Program-made: the position numbers and the translations under genes
Origin: Octopus sinensis
Taxonomy: Eukaryota
DNA: 64,000 nt
NCBI RefSeq assembly: GCF_006345805.1
Contig: NW_021832224.1
Coordinates: forward strand, 186,001 to 250,000
Direction of reading: 5' to 3'
Notes under the pieces: generated by a model
What the model was told of the DNA's origin: nothing
Databases searched by the model: none
Seen by the model: the letters and a program-made list of their open reading frames with translations, nothing else
In this document: positions 37,021 to 50,395 of the stretch, piece after piece
Layout of the letters: the number at the start of each line of letters is the position of its first letter
Numbering within the stretch: position 1 is the stretch's first letter

Positions 37021-38399
37021 CTCAGTTTAATAAGGAATTTTTAAAAGCCCACAAACTTTAAGTAAAAGAAAAACTGGTTTAATGAAAAAAAAGTTTTTCC
37101 TATTTTTGTAAATTTCAGGCTCATGAACTTGCTGAACTAACTCGTCATTATCTACAGTCCGACACATAATATATATTTTTAACACTACAAAATTTACTTT
37201 ATGGTCAGAGGGGATGCTGCAGAAAAAGATTTTGAGATTATCAGAGTAGAAGAATTAGTTTCTTTCCCTGATAGAAACCACGCGAGTTTTATAACTAAAA
37301 TTGTATTTCATATTTTCAATATTTGAATAAAACGAATTCCTAATTTGTGTATTTAAAACTTTTCGAAGCAGAATACTTAAAATTGATAAGTTTCAGTCCT
37401 TTATGCTTCCAAAAAACAAATGTTTCCATCTAGTGATGGCAAGTCTAATTTTTGTCGGGAATATAGTTTCAGAGTTTTTTTTACAAAGCTATGAATAAGA
37501 ATTCAGACTTCTCATAAAATGTCGAGGTAGGTTGTGCGCCAGTTAAAATATTTACTGTTTGATCACACTCCTTTATTCTCTGTCTTGAAATCAGTCACAA
37601 CTGTTTTTTCCTCACTTTCTATACTGTCTTTATAGAATGATTTGGTCCAATTGTGAGGCTATTGACTAAATTTATTTAATTTATCTCTTATTTAGTAATT
37701 TTGATCCCATGCTTGTGTTTGGCCATCATACTTGCAATATTTTCTTCAACACGACTGACTGTGTGTAAGTCAGAGTTTCTTCTTTAACAAATAACTTAGC
37801 AATGTAGTTTCTAAAAAAAACTTAGAAACTTGGATTTTGTGTAGATATTATTGCTTGAACTAAGTATTCTTTCAATTTTTTTATTTTACTGATTTTATAC
37901 ATTCTATAAAGATGAAAGCGACTGCACGTCACTGTTTTGTTGTTTTCTGATATAATTGTGTTATCCCAAATTGGGTCGCCAAGTGACCCAAATTTTTTGC
38001 TGCGTGTATTCCAATGCAATCCTCTTCATCGACCAATCAGTCTTGACAGTTTTTCTCACTCTTTGTATTGTATTGATTGCCTATATTTTATTGGACAGAC
38101 GAAACGAATAGTGATTACCAGAATTCTTTTTTACATTGATAAGAAAGTAATATTTCTAATAATTCATCAACTAACACTTCTCTTGTGTTTTTCATGTCAA
38201 GAACCAAAACTCCAAACACTGAAGTTTTATAAGCAACAATTAAAGTTACCTGAAATCAAAAAAAAATTTTAAGAATCAAAGTAGCTATTCATTAATTGTT
38301 ATTTCATTTCGTCTTACTGTTATATTTTGATAGTATCAATAATGGATTATCATCAATCAACACTAATAATGTATTGTTTGTGAAATTGATTTAATTCGG

Positions 38400-38790
38400 G
38401 AGAATCTAATTCACAAAGCTCTGGAAAGAGCTGGTTTCCCTTCTATTCTGGAACCGACGGGCCTTGTTCTTGAAGATGCAAAACGTCCAGACGGCTGTAC
38501 GCTTTTCGCTTTTGAATCCGGGAAGCAGCTCGTTTGGGACGTCACCTGTTCCGACTCTTTCGCCATGGGTGCCTTAAATGCTACGGTTTGTCGACCCGGT
38601 TCGTCGGCCGAGAAGGCCGAATTCGCAAAACTAACTAAATATGAAGATTTACTCGATCGATTTTGCTTTTTTCCGCTCCAGAGATCCGAGGAAATTTATA
38701 TTCCTTATTCAGAGAATCTCGCTGGCTGTTTTACGCGGGAATTGTCTTTCAATCCTGCGAACCAGTTCATAATAGCTAGATTTTTTTGAC
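38400..38790 (+). mobile_element. CRE-like RLE retroelement 3' fragment with internal deletion
   Basis: ALERAGFPSILEPTGL..AKRPDG..LVWDVTCSD..AEKAEFAKLTKY. Confidence 0.8.
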
Positions 38791-39811
38791 GATTTCACAT
38801 TAACAATTAAATGGTTGCTAAAAAAAAATTCGGGAGAATAATTTCCACCACGAGTTTTGCTTTCAATATCTCTAAATTTTTTCCAACGACAAAATTTCAT
38901 TTTTTATGCGATGATGTCTCTTGATCTTTCAGTTTTTTTATGTACAAAGGAGCTAGATATGCTCGAGCAAGTCACTGAACTATCATATGATGCATTACCA
39001 CTGAGTTCTAATCTTCTAGGTTTCCTCACGTGGGTTTAAATCCTATTGTCGATTGTTTATGTATGAAATTATCTATATCTTTAACCGTCGGTGTAATTAC
39101 AATAAAGATCAGAACGAAATGATTATTATTCTTAGTATTATACACATTTTTATCAAATTTATAATCCTACACGTTCCGGAAAATCCTTTTTCACTAGGCA
39201 TTTTCACCCCGCCCAGCTTCCGACCAGACATTAAAGATTCCATTTTTGACAGAACTGGTTGGCAGCACTACAGGAAAAATTCTTATTATTTAAACTGATT
39301 TGCTGTGTTTATTCGAGGATTTGTTTAATTGTGTTGAAAAGATTCGTGTGTCAGACAATCATCATTTTTTGATGTCGTCATCTAATTTGATCGACATGAA
39401 TTCAAACGATTTTCTTCTTAAACACGCCTTAAAAATGTGATTTCTGGGAATTGATTTGACGCTGAATGCAATATAAATTTTTTTAGGATTATTGTAGATC
39501 TTACTTTAAGGACTTTGCAATTAAATTGTTGTTGTTTTTTTGGAGTGAAAAATGAAAATTTTCCTTTTTGACGCATAACCAGAATATTGCTGCCAGAAAA
39601 GTAGGAAGTCATGCTTGATATCCAGGAGCTCATTTTAACCATAAGGGCAGTAAAACTATGAGTTCGTTTCAAATAGACCTGAATATCTAATAAACTCACT
39701 TTTCACAATAATCTGTATTTTATATCAAACTTTTCTTTTTTAGTTAGAAACAAAAACAAAATTAGATGCTAGCTAGGTAAATAGCTAAAAAGATAGTCGA
39801 GAGTCTAAGGG

Positions 39812-39920
39812 TTAGCTCAACGACGCCACGCTGCGTATTGAATGACAGTCTCCGCAGAGTTCGGCGACCGTGATTTGCTGAAAGAGCCAGCTCGTCTCCC
39901 TCCGGTCGTTTGTTGCATGT
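39812..39920 (-). mobile_element. CRE-like RLE retroelement extreme 3' fragment
   Basis: TNDRRETSWLFQQITVAELCGDCHSIR. Confidence 0.65.
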
Positions 39921-41930
39921 TTTATTTTTAATTCATAACTTTTCTTGGAACATACTAATTTTGGGTAAAAAAATCTAAACTGGTTAAGATGGAGAAATAC
40001 AAAAATGATTGTCAGATATTTAAACACTCAAAATTAAGAATAAAATATCGATCAAAACGAATGATAAATTCAATATTGGATCATGACAGATCATAGAAAC
40101 AAGCTTTTTTAAGCATCAGTACTGCTCCAGGGAAGGTTGCTATTTTGAATATGAACTCATACATAAGAGAAAACTAAAAATAGGTAATATGGATAGTACT
40201 ATTAAACGTTTTTAAGGCTTCTCTTCACAAAAAAGCAATCCTCCAAATCTATAAAAGTCAATTGAGTTCACTTAGTAGTGTTTTTTTAAAAACCTTTTTC
40301 CATTTCACGTTGCATCTGTTGAGTTCAGTGGGTTTCATTCTCGTGGAAAAACCAGACCCGCAAAAACCTCTTAAGGGACGAGTGTGAAGGGATTTTGCAG
40401 ACATCCATGTGGCATGAAAGTCCGTAAAAAAGATTGGGTACGTACGTGTTTAGCCAATAACATGAATGTGCCTCGGAAAGACTGTAAGTGATCTTAGGTT
40501 TACAAAAAAATTATTAATGGTTCATTAATTCTAAATTTTCTTTATTGAGGTCTCTTTCCGCACCTAGTAGCCGAAGAAACCTCATAACGCGTCTGGTTAT
40601 TTTTTATGGCCAAAGTGTTCAAATGAATATAAAAACAGAGCTTACAAAATCCGTAAATCACAAAAGATAAAAGATCTTCACAAGAACAGACCCCAATATC
40701 TCTGAGAGAATAAATAAGTCTTAGATTAGTAAGAAATTCTTCAGGACCAAGGTGGGAGCCTAAAAACAAACTCTACTAAAAATGGACTAAACGAGTGAAT
40801 GTTTTTGTAAAAAAGTGTTTCAAATTATTTATGACTAATAAAAATAATTATGTCTCTGGGGTCATTACATCTAAGTTTCTATCAGATGTTCCCTACAGAG
40901 AATGTGGAATGTGGTAAAAACCCCTACAGAGAGCGTATTTACCTCTTTTCCGAAGATTGGGCAAAACGCAAATACAGCAAACAGACATAAATTCGTGATA
41001 AAAAAGAAAATTGAATTAAATAAATTCATAGAAAAAAAATTCATAGAAAGATAAGAATGAGCACGCCAAAACGACAGTCGCATATGCGAATTTAATCTGG
41101 CGAACGTTCTATGAGCATGTCTATATGTTATAGATTCCTTTTAAGCATTGTTTAATTAACTTAAAATTAAAATCAATGTTAATTGAATAAATGAACAAAT
41201 ATCGATTATACAAATCTACCACTGAATAAAAAAACCACATCAAATAAAATAATTAAATGTTATTTTAGCCGGTGCCATTCTAGGGGAAAATAAGTTGATA
41301 ATCACATATGAGTCATTTTTGGAATAATGCAAAATCAGGCAATTTTCTGATGAATTAGCTAAGTCTTTTAAATAGGATGAATATCATAGGTATTCCTCAC
41401 ATTCTAAACTGTCCTATTTATTATGTGGTTTCCGTTGTCTCGATTGCTATAATCACACAATATACAAATTAGACAATACTAATCACTCGTAAGTGCTTAA
41501 GAACGACAATCACACGTCTTAAAAATACAATTTATAATCAAACTCACTAATATTAACCAAAAAACTAAGTAAAGAAGCATTTATTTCTTCTAAACTCAGA
41601 CAAACACTACAAAAATAATTAACAGCCACGATAAACTGAGCAAGCAAACTCGAAAACATAAATCTATATTAGTATTAGTCAATCGATACGTATAATCAAT
41701 GTCACATTGACAAAGAAAAGCCTATATAAACCACAAAAAGACAAGACCATATACTACCTTAAATACACACAAAAATACGAACACAAGCACGTAACACAAT
41801 AATCACTTCCTGGCTATAATTGCTACTTAAATATCACATCAATATGGGTCGATAACATCAATTAACAAACAAGAAAAAATAGGAAAGAACTAAAAATCTA
41901 CAAACAAGAGAAACGACAGATTAAAAACGA

Positions 41931-42782
41931 TTAATTCTTGGCCCGTTTAGCACCACCGGCCCCTACAAAAATCGACTGTTTAAAAACACCCTTCGCATTG
42001 TTGCCTCGTTTTGCTGGCTTCTCTGACTCAGAATCACTTCCAGACATTGACTGTACATCAGACATGTCGCTCTGGTCTTCCTCGTCTGGCATATGGACAC
42101 AAAAAACCAACCAAAGTCATCTAGGGAGTCATCTTCTCCCATTTCTGACCCATCTTCCTCCATGTCTGTTCCATCTTGCTCAAAATCCTCCTCATCGAAG
42201 TTTATAAAATCATCTTTTTAGATCAAATCAGCATAATCTCACCAAAATAGGCTTGATTTCCCTCTGAATTCAAATTATCGACCACTTTCAGCTGAGGAAT
42301 GGTCTTAAAAAGGGCTCCAATGTACCCATCCTCTTCAGAAGCAGGTGTAGAGGTCAGTTTTAAGCCCAACAAATTGGGAAGATCGGACTGAATTGAGTCA
42401 ATAGCCAAAAAACCAGGCAATTGAGGGAATCAAGGGAGAACTGGGTGGATGATAAGTCAAGAAATATCAAAGATGGACAGGATTTGACCATTTTCTCAAG
42501 GCCTTCCGACAATTCATTACCAGTTAGAGTCAACTAAGGAGTTTGATGGAGCGAAGAGAACTTTTTCTAAGAGTGGATAAGCTGGAAATCCCTCCAATGA
42601 GGAGATCCCGCATGTGGATACACTCAAAACTTTGAGGGATGGAAAACTGTAGGTGGATAGCTCCTTTAGAGTGAGAGGAATTCCGTCGAGGATGAGATAT
42701 TCAAGCTAAAGGAGAGTCAGAGAGTTTATTTTACAGTGTTTGGATCATTATCACCAATAGCTCCCTTAACACCACCGGACAT
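41931..42782 (-). CDS. ANP32: ANP32-family acidic LRR phosphoprotein, 7 exons
   Basis: LEYLILDG, SSLEGFP and LTLTGNELSEGLE LRRs; LRRcap IPQLKVVDN; acidic tail; terminal basic GAKRAKN*. Confidence 0.85.
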
Positions 42783-43433
42783 GGAAAAACACACGATGTA
42801 CGAGCGTTATAATAATTATTCTAGTTTTTGGTTAGATGCCATAAAATAAATAAAATTAAAAAATATAAATAATTAATATATATTAATTATTGAAATTTAT
42901 CCCATTTTACATACTATTGTGATTAAATATAGGCATATTCAAAAGACGTGAATCATAATAATTTAAATAAAATAATTATTGTAAAAATCTATTTTTAATC
43001 ATTTTTATTTTAATCAATTCAAATTATTTTTAAAAAATTTGACTGACAGCTCACGTGTCAAATACTTTTCACTAATCAGATGTATTTAAAAGCGCGCGTT
43101 TTTATGTTGAACCACAAGGAACCGAATGTTCTAGAAAATTTTATTCCGTCAGTAAATTCATGTTAAAATAATTTGTTAACCAAAAATCAATGAATCATTA
43201 ACCACAGACATGCCTTTTATTGTATTTAGTTAATTTATTAAAATAAGGAGTGATTTAGTTAAGAATTGTTCATTTTACGTACTTCAAAGAAATCGAAATG
43301 TCAAAATATAGGTCATAAATAATTGTTGTTTAATATTGATAAAATCTATTAATAGTCAATAATTCTATAATATATTTTAATTGTAAATTATATTAAAATT
43401 AAATAATAAATAAACGATACTATTACGCTCTTA

Positions 43434-44967
43434 ATGTTGCGGCTTCGTTATCTCACATCAGTATTTTCTTACTCTAAACTCATTTTAAAGAGAATTAACG
43501 AATTATACATCCGAAAATCTTCTTCAGTCTGCAATGTCAGTCCATCCCCCCACCTAAACCCCACAGGAATTCAGAGAAGTCCTAAATTCAGCATTAATCG
43601 AAGAAAAAGAAAAAGTACTCCAATTCCGCAAAGAATACAACTCCCGAGAAGTCGGAAAGGTCACCGTAGATCAGGTCAGGACCCAATTTCCCCTATAATT
43701 AGGTCTACGGAGGAATGAAGGGGATCCTTGGACTTGTTTGTGAGACTTCAGTCCTCGATGCCAACGAAGGAATTCGATTCCGTGGATTTACAATCACGGA
43801 AGTCATGAAACTCCTCCCGAAGGGTCCCAACGGAGCTCAAGTCCAACCGGAGGGAATTTTCTGGCTTTTAGCCACCGGAAAAATACCTTCCCGCTCTCAA
43901 GTCGACAGTTTTTCCCGCGTAAATTTGAATTTTTATGATTTTGAAGGAATTGGTGGATAAATGTGAGGTCCCTGACTTTATCCCGGCCATGTTGACTGCC
44001 ATGCCCTCCTCTGTCCACCCAATGGCCCAATTTAGTGCAGCAATGACAGCTTTGAGTCAACAAAGTCAGTTTGCGGAGGCTTATATACGTGGAATCCCCA
44101 AATCAGAGCATTGGAAGGTGTTTTTTGTAGATTATAGGCAAGTTTGTGTTGGAGGATGTCATCAGTGTGGTGGCAAAGGCTCCTACAGTGGCAGCAATGG
44201 TCTACAGGAATCTATATCGTGGAGGTTCTCCAGTCAAAATGAATAAAAACGGAGACTGGACTGCCAATTTCGCGGAAATGTTGGGTTATGGTGATTCTTT
44301 CACGGATATGTTGCGGCTGTATTTGACCCTTCATTGGTATATAAGGAAGGTTATATTTAGTGATCATGAAGGGGGGAATGTGAGTGCACATACATGTCAT
44401 TTGGTTGGAAGTGCTCTTTCTGATCCATTTTTGTGTTTTGGGGCAGCTTTGAATGGATTGGCTGGTCCTTTGCACGGAATGGCCTGTCAGGAGGTTCTGT
44501 CCTATCTGACCAAGTTGCGGGAGGAGATGGGCAGTGATAAGATGACGGATGACCAGTTGGAGAAGTTTATAAGAAGTACTCTTGCCAGAGGACAAGTCAT
44601 TCCTGGATATGGACATGCAGTCCTTAGAAAGACAGATCCGCGTTTTACCGCTTTCCAGGAGTTTGCCCAGGCCAACATAAAGGAGGATCCCTTAGTGGAT
44701 TTGGTGGCTCAGTTGTACCGGGTGGTACCCAGGGTGTTGGGAGAGTTGGGGAAAGTTCAGAATCCATTTCCTAACGTGGATTCACACAGTGGGTGTCTTT
44801 TGCAGCATTTTGGAATGACTGAGATATACTATTATACTGTGCTGTTTGGAGTGTCTCGAGCACTGGGAGTTATGTCTCAGTTAATATGGTCACGGGCTCT
44901 TGGATTTCCTATTGAAAGACCAAAATCAATTTCGTCTAAGAATTTTATTGCTATGTTCTCAAAGTGA
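43434..44967 (+). CDS. CS: Mitochondrial citrate synthase, multi-exon
   Basis: [57 protein letters not shown]. Confidence 0.97.
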
Positions 44968-45125
44968 ATAATCTTCTAATTTGTTAACATTTACTAATCG
45001 GACTTATTTTCTAACTTGATTGTGGCATTAAACAATACCGTATTAACTAGGTTTATTAAAAAATGACGTCATGATTGTATTTATTCTAAATGTTCGATAT
45101 TAAGGTCAATTTTATCGTTATAAAT

Positions 45126-48021
45126 TCAATTTTTTATGTTTAGTGGAGATCGAGTTGTATAAATCAGGCTTTCATTTAATAGGGTCTGGAATTTAGCTGG
45201 TTTAGTTGAATTTTGCAGCATCTTTCTTTCGGATTTTCTTGATTCTTAACGACTGTGGTTATTTTTATATAAAATGCTTAATTCAGTGTTACAAAATGTT
45301 TAAAAACAAGTATTAAATATAAAATAAATGTCTTTAATCCATTCCCTCCGCCTCCTTAATCCACGTCTACAAAATTGTAATAAAATAACTGAAATGTCGT
45401 CGCTGTAAATTAAAGCAGTAAAATTGTCAAGAGTTATTACCCTCCGTCCTTCAGACAGCAATTTAATGCTCTCCATTTCCTCATTAGGATAATCAATCAA
45501 GACACAATACGTGTCTAAATATTCAAAATCAATAAAAAAACTTTCAAAGTTCACTTTTTCTCTGATTCGACAAAATACAAAGATGAAAGCCTCCATAATG
45601 TAGGCCACAGACATGGTTATCAAAATCTAAATAAAATCCATCATTGCTGACACAACGGCAGAATAAAAGTAGAACAACATGAAAAAAATCCTCGACCATT
45701 CGCTGAAGGCAGTGGCATATCCTTCCTGATAATGACAAAATGAAAACTGACCATAGTTATGAACCAATTGTTGACCACCGAGAGTTCAAAAAGAACGACT
45801 AAAATTATGAATAGAAACAAAAAAATACAAAAACTAGAAAAAATCGATCGAAAATTGTTGTCGTAGTAAAACGAAGGAAAAGTAGCATTTGAATCATTCG
45901 CATAAGTTCCCTCAAATTGAGTCCCTCTGCAATTTGATGACAAAAATCTAACTTGCAGCAATTCGTCAAATCATATTCCCCAAAAAGCTGCATTCCAAAG
46001 TAGGCCAATGAGAAATAAATCAAAAAAACTGTTATAGAAACACTAAATTGAAAAATTTTGAAACAAACCTAAGAGACCGCTCGATTGTTTTTTCGATAAC
46101 TTTACAAATGTCTCGAACAATTTGAAATGTGTTAAGAAGTCTGCTAAATAAAATAAAGCTACCTCAAAGAACGTAAAATTGCAAAATATTTAAGGACAGA
46201 CAAATCTGGATTTATCCAAGCTCCAAATGAAATAAAACAAATCAAATTTATGCACAAATCACAGCTAAATATAAAAACTGAAAAATACAAATTTGAAAAG
46301 TTTAGATAAAAAGAACGACCCAAAATTAGTCCAAAAATGGCCGATTCCAAAATAAAAACTAAAAATAATAATTTAAAATATACATGTTGTAAAAACGATG
46401 TCCAAATTTGATAATCCAATATTATATTTTGAGTTCGGATTGGCAATTTCATACAGCAGACAGAAACAACTGGCCATTATAATACCGTCTATTTGTCATT
46501 ATTGAAAATAAAAAACATTTTGTCAATTTGTAGTTAAGTGAACTCTGTAGACGAATTATTGCTGGAATGTAAGCAAAATTAGTACTGCTGTTAATTTTTG
46601 AGTATTTTTTGGGTGTTTTAAGTTTTTTTTCCTACAATAATCAGTAAAGACTACCCAGATAATATCATTGCAGTTGTAAAAGTCATAAAAATCCTCGACA
46701 CTCAAATAGTTCTTTCCTTCCTGGTCTATCAACGCAAACATTGATGCAGATTTTAACAAAGCTAAAATATCAGTGCAATCAAACATTTTCCACAGTATTC
46801 GGACATAAAACACTGGAAGACGTCCTTGGAGATTCCACGTGGGCACTAAGGATTTGAAAAAAAGCATACATTTCGAGATACAAGCAAGGAATGGGCAGCT
46901 CGGATGGACTGTCGCTGTTTAAGAATAATTTTTTTAAGTTTTGCCTTTTCCTCGAAGGCGTATAGCTGATATGTGACTGCCAGGAACTGGGAATTTAAGG
47001 ACACGTATACATACGATGTTCATGAGGACAAATGTGCAGATAATCAAGAAAGAACTGTAAAACACGAATGAAATCCTCGAATAATGATAAGCAGCCATTA
47101 TCACGTTTGGAGAACTAAAAAATAAACGAATAAAAGACTTTGATGTTGTAAAAAGTACAAACATGCTGTAAAAACTTGTTATAAAAGAATTAAAGTACTA
47201 AAATAAATTAAAAAACACAAACAAAATCCCCCGGGACTGATCTGAACATGGCACAGCCTAAAAATTTGATGTTAAAAACAATACCTAAAACAGAATAAAA
47301 TAAAATTATAAGTAAAGTAAGAACAAGGATCCCTAAAAACTTTGGAAAAATTTTTAGAGATTGTCGGATAAATCTATCAAGAAAAAAACCTTCGAAACCT
47401 TCTAGAGCTCGTAAGGTAAGGGGAGTCAAGCAAAAATAAAGGCAAAAATCCCTGAAGGTATTGATTGTCGTAAACTCCGACAAGAATGTCTACAAATTTC
47501 TCCAAAATGATTGCTAAAAGTATCAAAATCCGAAATGTGTAAATTATTTTACCAGAATGACACACCATTTTCGTCTATGAATATTTTTCCGTCCCAAAAG
47601 TTTAATTTTTACTGAATAAATGGCCACCAACAAACACAGCGGAAAAAACTGGATCACACCGATTATCTACTATAAGCTAAATAAAACACACATCGTAGTG
47701 ATGCACGTCCACAATGTACGTTCGGAATAGCAATGAAATGAGCAGGGCACTGATTACAAAAAGTTCAAACAGGCAAAATATTTTTCCTGTCACTAAATTG
47801 TAGAATTTGTAGGCTTTTATGGTCGATGGGTGAGTGTATTTGATGTTTTGGGCACCTTCGTTAATGTAAATGACTGCCTCGACAATGTTATAGTGCCACA
47901 CTTGATCTTTACAGTGATATATGTCAGTTCCTGAAATAAAAAGGGAGTTTATATAATCTTTGCAAATTTCACCAAAAATGGCTGGAAAGTCGTCAAGAGG
48001 TACATTTGGAAAAAAATCCAT
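45126..48021 (-). CDS. TPCN1: Two-pore channel TPC1-like, many tiny introns (3' end approximate)
   Basis: EAVIYINEG..THP N-terminal motif; pore 1 MFVLFTTSNSPNV; pore 2 LFELSVVNNWFITM. Confidence 0.82.
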
Positions 48022-48294
48022 TAACACTATTAAAATTTTTCTTATTAAAACCACAATGTCGTTTATTCTTGTTTTTTGAATTTTTTGAATTTTTTGAATT
48101 TTTTTATTATTTATCGAGAAAAATTTTTTATGTTTCAAAATATCCTTAAAAGCTGTGGATTGTATTGGGGCTTAGAAATTTTGTGCTGCATAAGCCTTGT
48201 CATGATTTATGGCATCGCAAAAGTGTATGAATACAAATAATTTAGAAATTTACCTAATATTTAATATTTTTAACGGTATTTCTTAATTTTAAAC

Positions 48295-49360
48295 ATGTCC
48301 TCTCTAAAATGTTTCTCCCTATATATAAATATTAGGTTTTGTGAAAAATATCGTAGAATATCAATATATAGTGAGTATCTTAAATGGCAAACCTTTACAG
48401 ACATTCTCAAAGCAGTATAAACGGCCATTGATAACAATAAATTTGGTGGATTTTTGTGTTAATTATCTGCCTTGAGAATGTCTGTAAAGGAGAGAATGCC
48501 ATAAACGAGATAACTTTGTTTTTCGGTTATTATAATGACACATTCTGTATGAGCACAAACATCATCAGCACAGATAATTTCGATGATGAAGCCATCGTAG
48601 AGAATTATCAGATCTCTCAAGGCGGCTTTCTGGTAGATGACAAACAGCAGAGGCCAGAAAGAGTCTCCTTGGTGTGTGCCGACATTCGTTTCGAACAACC
48701 TTGAGAAACACGATTCAACATGAACAAATAATTCTGTCTTAGCAAACTGTACCCGTATAATTCTCACCTCGACCTTATCCAGGAAATTTTGTAGGAATCC
48801 GATAAGTAGGTTACGCCGCATACAATTAAAAGCTTTTGACTTCTTTGAATTTCTGCTGGATAGTGCTTTGTATCTGTAACTTCAGAAACAGAAAATATCC
48901 GAAATGAATCTTCCTATTCTGAATCCGCTGTGACTTATGGTCAAATATTAATTAACGCCTGCGTTTATCGGATTCAATACAACTAGGAATAGGAGTTTCC
49001 TGAGGGTGTTCAAAATGTGCCTGTCCCTAACAGGAGTAGGTAGTAAAAATATTAAATATGATCGGGATTTTATCCATAAATGATTTTTGGACCGTACTTA
49101 ATCAGTCTCGTTCAGCAGACCACAATATCGGGTTTGTTGTGCTGTACAAAATATTTATTGGGATATCCATTTTAATGCACACTATCGAATTCACTCATAC
49201 CGACGGGTTCGAAACTTTCTGGACCGTTTCAACCCATACTTATTGCAGAGCAGAAGATAGTGGAACCTCACCACCTCGTTATGGCTTCATGTGTGATCAT
49301 GGTAAAGCATACTTTTGGATTTTGTGGTTAAATGGTCAAAAGTCATGTTGGGTTTCATAA
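48295..49360 (+). CDS. Probable unidentified multi-exon gene
   Basis: Coding-like composition and several 25-35 nt GT..AG segments; I could not assemble a confident frame. Confidence 0.3.
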
Positions 49361-49515
49361 TATATTATTGAAAGCATTAATTATATTATTGAAATGAACA
49401 TTTTAATTACTAGTAATTATTGTAAAAATAGTTTATAATTATATCGACTTATTAATTTTCGGAACCATGGTAAATATATTAAGAACGATTGTTGTAAAAT
49501 TGTGATTAATCAGTG

Positions 49516-50074
<559 letters not shown>

Positions 50075-50395
50075 TACTTTTTATAAATTTATCCTAATTT
50101 ATTGTCAAACTACTAAACACGAGAATTACAGTCAAATTAAGACTTTGAAATATTTCTTAAATTTAGCACTTTATTGTCCATTTTTCGTCTCTAGACGTGT
50201 AGATTATTCGTTTTTATGGTCGATTTCAAAATCAAGTTTAGGAATCAAAATGTATCATCACGCACTGATTATTATAATCAATAAGTTGTTTTAAATGACA
50301 CTTAAAAGTGCTAAAATATCTATCCATTGTCACAAAGCTCTAACTGGCATGAAATAAACAAACAACAATATTATCAACCAAAAACAGTGATACGA

